Virus record (IMG/VR): IMGVR_UViG_3300012041_000042
Span: 1 to 39,737 of that record
DNA: 39,737 bases
Source: a virus
Taxonomy: Duplodnaviria > Caudoviricetes
Strand: one strand, 5' to 3'
Below the pieces are notes generated by a model. That model made no database searches. It worked only from the letters and a program-made list of their open reading frames with translations, and was not told the origin of the DNA. The translations under genes were made by a program, and so were the position numbers. Position 1 is the stretch's first letter. Each line of letters begins with the position of its first letter. Below are positions 27,061 to 35,058 of this stretch, in pieces.

Positions 27061-27074
27061 CCTAAGCGGTTAGG
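27061..27074. promoter_or_regulatory. palindrome CCTAA-GCGG-TTAGG beside a putative -10 (TAGATT, minus strand)
   Basis: Inverted repeat next to TAGATT, which lies 7 nt before the GTG at 27045. Confidence 0.45.
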
Positions 27075-27136
27075 GTGTCGTTGCGCGAGCGCAAATGCCC
27101 GCTCGAGAACGTGCAGTTTGGAAGTGCAATTTCGGC

Positions 27137-27718
27137 CTACGCCGGCTTCGCAGTCGCCATGGCGGCGGCTCGTGCACACCAGCGTCGACAGTGCGTGGCC
27201 CGCCAGGGTGCCGACTGCCGGCGCGGCGTCAGCGCCGGCATCGGCCCGCCGCAGTGGGCGCACGTCGCGGCCTGCTGGACCAAGGCCACAGGGCCGCGCA
27301 CGACAAACCCCTTCGGCGTCAACCGGAAGAGCGCTGGGCGGCGCCGCAGCTCCGTCAGGATCACCGCATCAATCCGGCGCGGCGTCTTCTGCTTCACGAA
27401 CCGCGCGATGTGTGCCTTTAACCCCGCGAGGTCGAGCGGGCCGTGCGCCCGCAATGCCTTTTCGATCCGTTGCCACAGGAATGCTGGACTCGTGGTGGCA
27501 TCCGTCTTCTGGTCCAGGCCGTGCCGGTGCCTGCCCAGTTCGAGCATCCGTGCCTCGTAGACCGCCTCGGCGAGTGCCCTCGATTCCTTCTTGCGCTGAG
27601 CAGTGGTGATGCCGACGAGGATGTCGGTCCGCTCTTTCTTCTTCGTCAATTCGAGATACATCCACCAGAACTTGCTATTGTCTTTCGCAAACACGCCCAC
27701 GTAATGCTCTCCTTTCAT
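27137..27718 (-). CDS. protein with an integrase-N-terminus-like domain and C-terminal Cys4 (Zn) motif
   Basis: WWMYLELTKKKERTDILVG matches integrase WYLYLEPIGKKEKTDILYG; CAHC...CRRWC; GAGG RBS. Confidence 0.75.
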   Translation of the reverse strand: MKGEHYVGVFAKDNSKFWWMYLELTKKKERTDILVGITTAQRKKESRALAEAVYEARMLELGRHRHGLDQKTDATTSPAFLWQRIEKALRAHGPLDLAGLKAHIARFVKQKTPRRIDAVILTELRRRPALFRLTPKGFVVRGPVALVQQAATCAHCGGPMPALTPRRQSAPWRATHCRRWCARAAAMATAKPA

Positions 27719-27770
27719 GGGCGCGTTGCGCGCGCCACCTCGCCCGGTACACGCCTCGAGTTGTTCGTCT

Positions 27771-28064
27771 CATTCCCCCGCTGTTCCTCCAGCAGAGTAT
27801 GGGGAACCCGGGGGGAATGGAAGTGTTGTTTTTCATTGTTTTTCGTTGTTTAGGCCGACGGCCCGGGCGTCCGGCTCATCGGATGGAAATCGCAGGATTG
27901 TTGAGGAATCGTGAGGAAACGGGGCTTTTTAATTGGTGGACGGCAGGAGGATCGAACTCCTGACCTCCGCATTGCGAAGGCGGCTGAAGCATACCATTTC
28001 CTCAAGGATTTCAGCCGACTCGCGTGCGCTGGGGAACCGGGGGGGAATGGAATCGCCGTTTTTC
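27771..28064. repeat. attP arm-type repeats
   Basis: TGGGGAACC(C/G)GGGGGGAATGGAA-N5-GTTTTTC at 27800-27834 and 28030-28064; degenerate inverted copy at 27771-27791. Confidence 0.8.
27934..27978 (-). mobile_element. attP: attP core: 3' half of tRNA-Ala(CGC)
   Basis: Minus strand reads TTCGCAA TGCGG AGGTC AGGAG TTCGATC CTCCT GCCGTCC A CCA: anticodon loop, T arm, U70/A73 Ala identity elements and CCA; no D arm; adjacent to int. Confidence 0.9.
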
Positions 28065-29312
28065 GCGTAGGACGCGCGCCGCCGGCCGGGTGGCCTTGCC
28101 CCTGCCCTGCCCCCTCTTCGCCGCTCTGGCGGCGTCATGGCGCGCCTGTTTGGCTTTCTGCGCGTTGTCCGTGTTGAGTCGATCGACGATCGCGTCGAGG
28201 TCGGCGGCCTTCACCAGGTGATACGTCTTCTCCAGCATGAACGTGTTCTTCCATCCGCCCATCTGCGCGACCGCTTTCAACACGCCCTCACCGCCCTGAT
28301 CCACCATGCGCGTGGCACCCGTGGTGCGGGTGGCCCAATGGAACACGTTCCCGCCGTGCTTCCGGCCCCACGGCACGCGCACCCGCGCGGCGGCGCGGCG
28401 CAGCATCGTCGCGAAGGCGCCGCGGCGATTGCGCTCGAGTTCGGCGCCGCGACGCTGGGGAAATAGATACTCGGTGGCGTTGGGCGGCAGCGCGTCGAGC
28501 GCCTTGATGATGACCTTCGAGAGTTTGATTTTGTAGGGCCTGTTGTTCTTGGGCTCCCGCACGCACAGCCATTGGTGGCCGGCGTCACCGTATTCCCGGT
28601 CGGTCTTCTTGAAGTCGAGAATGTTGGTGAGGCGCACGAGGCCTTCGTAGCCAATCAGGAAGATGGCGCGATCCCACGGCGTGTCGAGCGCGGCGAGCAG
28701 GCGCTCGCGTTCCGCGTCGCTCATCAGCCGGGGCACCGCGTCAACACAATCGAGAAACGGCGCGTCCTCGAGTGGCGACTTCTCGAGATAGGTCGGCACG
28801 GCTGCGACGAGCATCTGTTTGAGCACGGCCGTCTCGCGGTTAATCGTCACGGGTTTCGGCGGTGGCAGTGTGCGCGGCTTGCCGTTCGGTCCACCGAAGT
28901 GCGCGATCACGTAGGGCACGTTCGTCCGCCAGGTCTCATACTCCTTCAGCGTCTCGGTGGTGATCTCCGTGAGCACGGTGAGGTGCTTCGCAGCGCAGAA
29001 GCGCAGGATGTGTTTGAGAATGTCGCGCTCGCGCTCGGCGCCCCCGTGATGCACGACGACGTTGTCGCAGAACCACTGCGCGAAGGTGGTGATGGCGATC
29101 GCCGGCTTCGCTTTCGGCGTGCCGAGCCCGCGCTTCTGGTCGCCGAGCTCGTTCAGACGGACCAGGTAGTGCTGGCGCGCCTTCTCCTTCTGTGCCTTGC
29201 GCTCCTGCCGGGTCTTGCCGTACAGGATGTCGGTCTTCTCCTTCTTGCCGATCGGCTCGAGGTAGAGATACCAATGCTGGCGCCCTTCGTGTTCGCGGTT
29301 GAGTAGCCCCAC
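28011..29312 (-). CDS. int: tyrosine integrase
   Basis: 'TINRE..VLK', catalytic R (GLVR), K (EPKN), HWATR, GGW, Y (EKTY); likely GTG start at 29312 after GAAGGG; next to attP. Confidence 0.9.
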   Translation of the reverse strand: MGLLNREHEGRQHWYLYLEPIGKKEKTDILYGKTRQERKAQKEKARQHYLVRLNELGDQKRGLGTPKAKPAIAITTFAQWFCDNVVVHHGGAERERDILKHILRFCAAKHLTVLTEITTETLKEYETWRTNVPYVIAHFGGPNGKPRTLPPPKPVTINRETAVLKQMLVAAVPTYLEKSPLEDAPFLDCVDAVPRLMSDAERERLLAALDTPWDRAIFLIGYEGLVRLTNILDFKKTDREYGDAGHQWLCVREPKNNRPYKIKLSKVIIKALDALPPNATEYLFPQRRGAELERNRRGAFATMLRRAAARVRVPWGRKHGGNVFHWATRTTGATRMVDQGGEGVLKAVAQMGGWKNTFMLEKTYHLVKAADLDAIVDRLNTDNAQKAKQARHDAARAAKRGQGRGKATRPAARVLREKRRFHSPPVPQRTRVG

Positions 29313-29317
29313 GTCAG

Positions 29318-29683
29318 TCAGTTCCCTTCGTCTTTGAATTGGCCCGTGTGTTTGTTTCCCTTTTGCGATTCGGGCCACGCAGCGTCAAGGCGATCCAGCG
29401 CGGCGAGGGCGGATTGCAAGGCCGCCCGGATCTCCGTCGTCGATCCGTTAAAGATCGCGGCCTCGTGCAGCAGGTGGGATAGCCGTGTTTCAATCGTGAC
29501 GGCGTTCGCCGCATCATGCATCTCCAGCGCGGCGTAAATCTGATCAAGATTGGCGTCGTCCAAATAGACGACGATCCGTAAGTCACCCTGATACGACCAC
29601 CCTTGATAGACGGAATCGCACTTCATGGCCTCGTGATCGAGGCATTGGACGACATCTCGATCCAGCCGAAATCTCATCGTCAT
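29318..29683 (-). CDS. hypothetical protein
   Basis: Protein-like ORF in the leftward operon ending 5 nt before int. Confidence 0.55.
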   Translation of the reverse strand: MTMRFRLDRDVVQCLDHEAMKCDSVYQGWSYQGDLRIVVYLDDANLDQIYAALEMHDAANAVTIETRLSHLLHEAAIFNGSTTEIRAALQSALAALDRLDAAWPESQKGNKHTGQFKDEGN

Positions 29684-29728
29684 TTCGCCCCCCCCCCGTG
29701 TAGCTTGTCAATCGCTGCCCGCATCTCG

Positions 29729-30085
29729 TCATTTGTCCTCGGCCGGATCGTCGCCACGCCGGACGACGTCGAGCACCGCCGGGCAGTCCGCGAAGTACTC
29801 GCGCACCGCGGCGAGAAAGCGCGTCCCGGTCTCGCGCAACTCCGGCGTCACGCCCGGGTGCCGGAGCGCCAACTGGAGCAGCCCCGTCAACTGAAAGACC
29901 GTGACGGGCTGACAGACCAACTCCATTGGCGTCGGCGCTTTGCGTTCGAGTTCCACGGCCATGCACCCGACGAGGATTTGCTCGTCATCGAGGAAGACGT
30001 GGCAGTGTCCGCAGTACCGCTCGATGATGTCGTGCGTGTTTGTGGAGGTCCACCCGCAATGTGGGCATGTGATCGACGCAGTCAT
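29729..30085 (-). CDS. hypothetical protein with N-terminal Zn-finger (CPHC...CGHC)
   Basis: ATGA coupling; two CxxC pairs. Confidence 0.7.
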   Translation of the reverse strand: MTASITCPHCGWTSTNTHDIIERYCGHCHVFLDDEQILVGCMAVELERKAPTPMELVCQPVTVFQLTGLLQLALRHPGVTPELRETGTRFLAAVREYFADCPAVLDVVRRGDDPAEDK

Positions 30086-30327
30086 GCGCGGCGGCGCTCG
30101 TTGTCCTCGATCCAACCCTTGACAGCATCGAGCATCCCGGCGCGGTCACTGTTGGAAATCCAGAACACCGCACCTTTGCCTATCGGCTCTGGTGCATTCT
30201 CGCCAAAGGGCACCAAGAATAGACCCCACCCCCAACCCTCTGGCGTTCGCTCATCGATCAACGCGGCGAGTGTGCGTAGCGCCCGTTCGATCTCGGGATT
30301 GCGGACTTGATACCTTTCGTCAGTCAT
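30082..30327 (-). CDS. hypothetical protein
   Basis: GGAGG RBS; abuts its neighbours. Confidence 0.7.
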   Translation of the reverse strand: MTDERYQVRNPEIERALRTLAALIDERTPEGWGWGLFLVPFGENAPEPIGKGAVFWISNSDRAGMLDAVKGWIEDNERRRA

Positions 30328-30651
30328 CTACACCTCCAACCGCGACGGCGTCGTCGTCCACGCGAGCACGGCTTCCCGCGAGCCCCACGCGCCAGCGGGC
30401 GCATGATCGACCAGGAACGCCGCGATGTGCCCGACGCTGACGAGTGAAAAGGGATCGGCCCGCATTACGGCACTCATGAGATCGTTCACGAGCACGGCTT
30501 GCAGGAAACTCCCGGGCAGGATGCCGTCGGCGAAATATCGGACAAGACCCTCGCGCAAATGCTCGGGCACTCGGGACCGCGGCAACTCGCCCACAATGTG
30601 GACGACGAGCGCCTCACGCGCCTGGTCAGAGAGCTGGTCCCACAGACTCAC
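30328..30651 (-). CDS. hypothetical protein
   Basis: GTGA coupling, GGAGGAG RBS; 'PGSFLQAVLVNDL..A..RAD', 'AWGS'. Confidence 0.7.
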   Translation of the reverse strand: MSLWDQLSDQAREALVVHIVGELPRSRVPEHLREGLVRYFADGILPGSFLQAVLVNDLMSAVMRADPFSLVSVGHIAAFLVDHAPAGAWGSREAVLAWTTTPSRLEV

Positions 30652-30968
30652 GTCGTCGTCTCCTCCTGCTGTTGCACCCACGCAGGGAGGTCGATCTCGA
30701 TCACGAAGTTCGCCTGTGGCAGCGGCGCGATGAACGTCCACTTGAACGGCTGATGCAGGCGAACAGCCCGCTCGTCCTTCAGGCCAGCGGCAAGTAGGAG
30801 CGCGAGCGACAACTGTGCCGGACCACTCCCGCCATACCCCCAGCTGAACCAGTCCGGTGAATGGTTCCAGACGCGCTGTGAGCGATACGGGTAGAGTCGC
30901 TTTCCATCCACCATCACGATGCGTGTCGCCCACGTGCCCTCGACGTGCATCTCCCTCTCTGTCGTCAC
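30648..30968 (-). CDS. DUF6166-like protein
   Basis: 'NHSPDWFSWGYGGSGPAQLSLALL' motif. Confidence 0.72.
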   Translation of the reverse strand: MTTEREMHVEGTWATRIVMVDGKRLYPYRSQRVWNHSPDWFSWGYGGSGPAQLSLALLLAAGLKDERAVRLHQPFKWTFIAPLPQANFVIEIDLPAWVQQQEETTT

Positions 30969-31231
30969 TGCACCAACCCCCGGCGCACCGCGAGAATGTG
31001 CTCACGGAGCACGCTCGCCACGGCGGTCACGACCTCTTCAATGTCCCGCTCTGGCCGCTCGAGCGTGCCAATCCCGACCATGAGCCCAATCTCGTACGAC
31101 AGCGCCGTGATGACGACGTGCGTATTCGTGTCGGGGTGCGCCACCTTGAGCCACTGCTTGAGCCACGTATGCAACTCCTCGTGCAACGCGACCGCCGCGT
31201 CCACATCGGCTTGGGTGAACGCTATCGTCAT
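30965..31231 (-). CDS. hypothetical protein
   Basis: ATGA/GTGA coupling at both ends. Confidence 0.6.
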   Translation of the reverse strand: MTIAFTQADVDAAVALHEELHTWLKQWLKVAHPDTNTHVVITALSYEIGLMVGIGTLERPERDIEEVVTAVASVLREHILAVRRGLVQ

Positions 31232-31431
31232 GGCTTCGCCCGCGCATCGACAAAGGACCGGGGTGGCGGCGTCGTCAACCGCTCGACGAGCTCCATGAAC
31301 GCCTGCTCGCGGGTCTGCCAACTGGCGGTCACCGGGTGGCGCTCGAGCCCGGGCGCACGGACGAACGCTCGCCAGTACCCTCTGGCGTCCTCTTCGAGCG
31401 TGATCGCCATCAACACCGATTCCGGCATCAT
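31228..31431 (-). CDS. hypothetical protein
   Basis: GGAGG RBS; coupled at both ends. Confidence 0.6.
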   Translation of the reverse strand: MMPESVLMAITLEEDARGYWRAFVRAPGLERHPVTASWQTREQAFMELVERLTTPPPRSFVDARAKP

Positions 31432-31712
31432 TCGCCTCCTTCAATCGGCAATGGCTGAATCTGTTCACACTGCATACAGACGCGCGGGCGGTCACGAAAC
31501 GGGCCGTGCGGGTTCGACGCGACCCACGCGCCGCACTTCGTACACGGGTCGATGTGTGCACCGGCCGGCGGGACGCCGAGCGGAAAGTCCGCCACGCGCC
31601 GACAGATGATGCTGTCGGGGGGCACTGGCACGTCCCCGAGCGGCACGAGCTGGCCCGCCCACGTGCGGCCGTAGTACTGCCCGCCGTGAACGTCCGTTGG
31701 CTTCTTGGCCAT
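31428..31712 (-). CDS. small Zn-ribbon protein
   Basis: CTKC...CMQC; TGATG coupling. Confidence 0.6.
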   Translation of the reverse strand: MAKKPTDVHGGQYYGRTWAGQLVPLGDVPVPPDSIICRRVADFPLGVPPAGAHIDPCTKCGAWVASNPHGPFRDRPRVCMQCEQIQPLPIEGGE

Positions 31713-32110
31713 CACAGACCGTCCGCGAGCATCGCCACGAGCAGAAACGTGCCCTTTATGATCCGGGCCTTGAGCCGCGCCTTGGCCGGCCGTGGCGGTG
31801 CGACTAGAACCCCGATCAGTTCCTTCACGAGGCTCGCCATGTGCGGCGGCATCCGATCCCACTCGATGGGCGGTCCACACGAGTCCAACACGAATTTCAA
31901 CTCGTCGAGTGCACGGCAGCACGCGTGGTACTCGTCCTGAATGTGGCGCGTCGCGTGCACATCGACGACGTCCGAGGTCGCATCCGCCACCCCATCGAGC
32001 GCCTGTCCGAGCACAGTCATCCGCGCCGTGACGCGGGCGACGGCGCGTGCGAGCAATTTCGACGACGACCGAACGACGGGATCGACGGTAAATGTGCGCA
32101 GACGCGACAT
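31712..32110 (-). CDS. hypothetical helical protein
   Basis: ATG after GAGG; follows the repressor in the leftward operon. Confidence 0.55.
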   Translation of the reverse strand: MSRLRTFTVDPVVRSSSKLLARAVARVTARMTVLGQALDGVADATSDVVDVHATRHIQDEYHACCRALDELKFVLDSCGPPIEWDRMPPHMASLVKELIGVLVAPPRPAKARLKARIIKGTFLLVAMLADGL

Positions 32111-32164
32111 CGGAGGACCCTCGCGGGAAGGACGCGTGGTTGGCCGACTGAACGCCGACGACGG

Positions 32165-32620
32165 TTAGTGATTCGCGACTTTTTTGGGTGGGAGTGCCGG
32201 GGGATGCTGGCGACGCACGGCGTCCTTTTGCGAGAAATGCTCTAATGTGCCCTGCACGATACGCTGCAATTTCGGGGGAATGGCCCGGTACTGCGCCAAT
32301 ATTCGTTCGTCGGCGGCGGTCAGGCGACGGCCTTCCACGAAATGCGCCCGGCGTTCCGCTGCCACGCCGAACAAGTCCTCGATGAGATCCACGACGTCGC
32401 CATGTCCGGCCGCCCGCAAGAGTTTCGCGGGGGAGTAGCCCGTGCGCTTCGCCACGCGCAGACACGCGTCGATCGGCATCACGTGCCGTGGATCGCCACG
32501 CAAATACCGACTGATGGCCGAACTCGTCAACCCGACTTCGTCGGCAAATGCCTTCTTCGTTAACGCCGACTCGCGGATGATCGCCTCGAGCAGCGGAGGG
32601 AGGTCCGCACGCACAACCAT
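32165..32620 (-). CDS. CI-like XRE-family repressor (no S24 peptidase domain visible)
   Basis: HTH 'LTKKAFADEVGLTSSAISRYLRG'; divergent from a Cro-like gene. Confidence 0.85.
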   Translation of the reverse strand: MVVRADLPPLLEAIIRESALTKKAFADEVGLTSSAISRYLRGDPRHVMPIDACLRVAKRTGYSPAKLLRAAGHGDVVDLIEDLFGVAAERRAHFVEGRRLTAADERILAQYRAIPPKLQRIVQGTLEHFSQKDAVRRQHPPALPPKKVANH

Positions 32621-32637
32621 ATGCTTTAGCGCTTAGC

Positions 32638-32816
32638 ATCGTATCCCCCCACTTGCAATTATTGCAAGACATCCACTCGCAGTGTAGTCAAGAATTGCGA
32701 TATGTTCAAGAGCCCCTAGCGCTTTTCTGCACAACAAAAGTCCACCTTGACACTGTACGGCTTCCGACCGTAATCTTTGCCAAAAGCGCAAATATTGTAT
32801 TTGCAATGTTTGCTAA
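32638..32816. promoter_or_regulatory. divergent lysis/lysogeny control region with TTGC-N7-GCAA operators
   Basis: AT-rich; operators at 32652-32668, 32694-32710 (1 mismatch), 32776-32792 and 32800-32816 (1 mismatch); + strand TTGACA (32747)-N18-TAATCT; - strand TTGCAA (32667)-N18-TACGAT. Confidence 0.72.
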
Positions 32817-32836
32817 TACCTCGGAAGGGCCCCATT

Positions 32837-33091
32837 ATGCTCCCTGAACTCGAAGCCCTGAACCGCCTCCGGTTGCGCCGGGAATGGACGTGGGAACAAC
32901 TCAGCCAGGCCATGCGGCGCGCCCACGTCCCTATCCCCTACCGGACGCTCCATCACCTGCTGACGAACCCAGACGTCAAACCGCACGACAAGACCCGCGG
33001 GCGCGTGCAGCGGTTCCTGAAATCCGCGGTGGCCCGGCGCCAGGCGCGCCCCCGTCGTCGTCCTACAACGCCGCCCGAGGTGACGCTGTGA
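32837..33091 (+). CDS. Cro-like HTH protein
   Basis: 'RLRREWTWEQLSQAM...IPYRTLHHLL'; first rightward gene. Confidence 0.72.
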   Translation: MLPELEALNRLRLRREWTWEQLSQAMRRAHVPIPYRTLHHLLTNPDVKPHDKTRGRVQRFLKSAVARRQARPRRRPTTPPEVTL

Positions 33092-33342
33092 CAAAACGGG
33101 CCTTTGCACTCGTCGCCCCGCCGCCGACGTCGTCCCGCGCCGTCGTGGAGTCACCCTACTTCGACTCGAAGGAAGCGATGGCCTACTTGCGGCTGAAGTA
33201 CCAACAGCAATTGCATCACCTGATCAAGGAGCACGGCCTGCCGACCTTGCGGTGCGGCGGACGGCTCCGTTTCGACAAACGCGAACTCGACGCCTGGCTG
33301 CGCGGCACCACCGCCCTCGAGCTGCGCCGCGCCGGAAAGTAG
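33088..33342 (+). CDS. excisionase-like HTH_17 DNA-binding protein
   Basis: 'YFDSKEAMAYLR', 'LPTLRCGGRLRFDKRELDAWL'. Confidence 0.82.
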   Translation: MTKRAFALVAPPPTSSRAVVESPYFDSKEAMAYLRLKYQQQLHHLIKEHGLPTLRCGGRLRFDKRELDAWLRGTTALELRRAGK

Positions 33343-33353
33343 GGCGAATACCC

Positions 33354-33542
33354 ATGACGGTCAACTACGCAGTGACTTTCGAATTCGACACCCGGCCGCC
33401 GATCACCCACAGAGGCACCGTTGCCGGCTCCAGCGGGGCCACATGTGTGGCGCGGGCGGCACGAATTGCCCAGAAGGCTCTTCGCCCTGTCGGTTGGACG
33501 TCACTGGTTGTCGTGCTGCTCGAACGCGTCCAGGGAGCCTAG
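33354..33542 (+). CDS. hypothetical protein
   Basis: Fills the gap between coupled genes. Confidence 0.65.
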   Translation: MTVNYAVTFEFDTRPPITHRGTVAGSSGATCVARAARIAQKALRPVGWTSLVVVLLERVQGA

Positions 33543-33543
33543 G

Positions 33544-34419
33544 ATGGCGGACGTCCTCACCACCCTGCTCGGGTCGGGCATCCACGACGTACCGGCCGCC
33601 GTCTATCACGCCGACCCGGCCCCAGAGCCCTCGCTGTCGAGCTCGATCGCGAAGCTGATCTGCCAGGCCTCGCCCGCGCACGCCCGCCACGCGCATCCGC
33701 GGCTCAACCCGGCGGCCGTCGAGGAGGACGCGGAGAAGTTCGACATCGGCACCGCCGCGCATCGGCTTCTGCTCGAAGGTCACGCCGGCGTCGAGGTGCT
33801 CGACTTTCCCGACTACCGCACGAAGGCCGCGCAGCTCGCCCGCGACCAGGCCCGCGCCGCCGGCAAGACTCCTTTGCTAAGGAAGGTCTGGACCGACGTC
33901 GAGGCGATGGTCGCCGCGACGCGCGCGCAGCTCGCGCAGCACCGCGACGGCGGTGCCGACATGTTCACGAATGGCAAGCCCGAGCAGACGCTGATCTGGC
34001 AAGAGGAAGACTTCGGTGGGATCTGGTGTCGCGCGCGGCTCGACTGGCTGCGCCCGGATGCCATTGACGATTTCAAGAGCACCGCCGCGAGCGCGAACCC
34101 GGACGACTGGACTCGCACGCTCTTCGGCTGTGGCTTCGACATTCAGTGCGCGTTCTACCTGCGCGGGCTGAAAGCCCTGACCGGGTATGACGCGACGTTC
34201 CGCTTCTGCGTCCAGGAGACCGCGGCCCCGTTCCAACTCTCCGTCATCACGCTCGGCCCTGGCGCGCTGACGCTCGCCGAAAAGAAATGTCTCTACGCGC
34301 TCGAGGTCTGGGCGACGTGCCTCACGAAGGGCGAGTGGATCGGGTATCCGCGGCGCACCTGCCACGCGATGCTGCCGCCGTGGCAGGAAGCGCAATGGCT
34401 CGAGAAGGAGCTCCGATGA
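33544..34419 (+). CDS. RecE/exonuclease VIII-like PD-(D/E)XK nuclease (DUF3799-like)
   Basis: 'YHAD', 'LSSS', 'GTAAH..LLE', 'CRARLDW', 'DDFKST', 'Q.AFY..G'. Confidence 0.88.
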   Translation: MADVLTTLLGSGIHDVPAAVYHADPAPEPSLSSSIAKLICQASPAHARHAHPRLNPAAVEEDAEKFDIGTAAHRLLLEGHAGVEVLDFPDYRTKAAQLARDQARAAGKTPLLRKVWTDVEAMVAATRAQLAQHRDGGADMFTNGKPEQTLIWQEEDFGGIWCRARLDWLRPDAIDDFKSTAASANPDDWTRTLFGCGFDIQCAFYLRGLKALTGYDATFRFCVQETAAPFQLSVITLGPGALTLAEKKCLYALEVWATCLTKGEWIGYPRRTCHAMLPPWQEAQWLEKELR

Positions 34420-34586
34420 CGGGCGCGATGACGCGAGAGGAATTCGAGGTGTGGATTCGGCGCACGGGTCGCGCGCTGACCGATCCCGACGCGCCGATCG
34501 TGCCGTGCCGCTGCGGCGATGTGAACTGCAAAGGCTGGCGCTTCGACGTCCGACCCGCCGAGCCTGACGAGCAGGAGACGCGGTGA
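34416..34586 (+). CDS. small Cys-containing hypothetical protein
   Basis: AAGGAG RBS, ATGA coupling; 'PCRCGDVNCKGW'. Confidence 0.65.
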   Translation: MTGAMTREEFEVWIRRTGRALTDPDAPIVPCRCGDVNCKGWRFDVRPAEPDEQETR

Positions 34587-34909
34587 CTCGCCGGTTTGTC
34601 GACATGCGCACAATCCAGCGGCGCATGCAGTTCAAGGACGATCGGATCAATCGCGCGCTGGCGCGGGATGCGGCGCGCAGAAAGGAACCTGCGATGAGCG
34701 TGGAGATTCCGGCGTACCTGCAGAGCCACCTCGACGTCGCCGACGCGCTGCCGATTCGGCTCGCCGACGCGTCGCTCGATGACATTGAGATGCTGCAACA
34801 GCGACTGCGCGATCTCGTGGCGCTCGTGGCGAATCGCGACGGACAGATCGTCAAACTCACCCGCGAGCTCGACCGCCTGCACCCGGCGATTCAGAAAGTG
34901 ACCCGATGA
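34583..34909 (+). CDS. hypothetical coiled-coil protein
   Basis: GTGA/ATGA coupling; AGGAG RBS. Confidence 0.6.
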   Translation: MTRRFVDMRTIQRRMQFKDDRINRALARDAARRKEPAMSVEIPAYLQSHLDVADALPIRLADASLDDIEMLQQRLRDLVALVANRDGQIVKLTRELDRLHPAIQKVTR

Positions 34910-35058
34910 GAAAAACCGCCATCGACAAAGCCATCGACGCGCTCGAAGCCGAGAAGAAAGTCATCGAGTTAGCGATCGCGAAGCTGCGCGCCGCTAACGA
35001 GAAGAAAGCCGCGCCGCGCATTCGTCGCGTGCCCGCTGTCGCCGAAGGCGCGAAGTGA
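34906..35058 (+). CDS. small coiled-coil protein (50 aa, not in the ORF track)
   Basis: MRKTAIDKAIDALEAEKKVIELAIAKL...; coupled at both ends. Confidence 0.65.
   Translation: MRKTAIDKAIDALEAEKKVIELAIAKLRAANEKKAAPRIRRVPAVAEGAK

Noticed and set aside
27934-27978. Functional phage tRNA gene
   Set aside because: Only the anticodon loop to CCA is present; there is no D arm or 5' acceptor strand, so it is an att core
27771-28064. CRISPR-like mini array or G-quadruplex element
   Set aside because: Only two direct copies 230 bp apart flanking the att core, with no cas genes; arm-type sites explain it
29314-29586. Alternative minus-strand ORF MTYGSSSIW...
   Set aside because: It overlaps 29318-29683, which has more protein-like composition; not fully excluded
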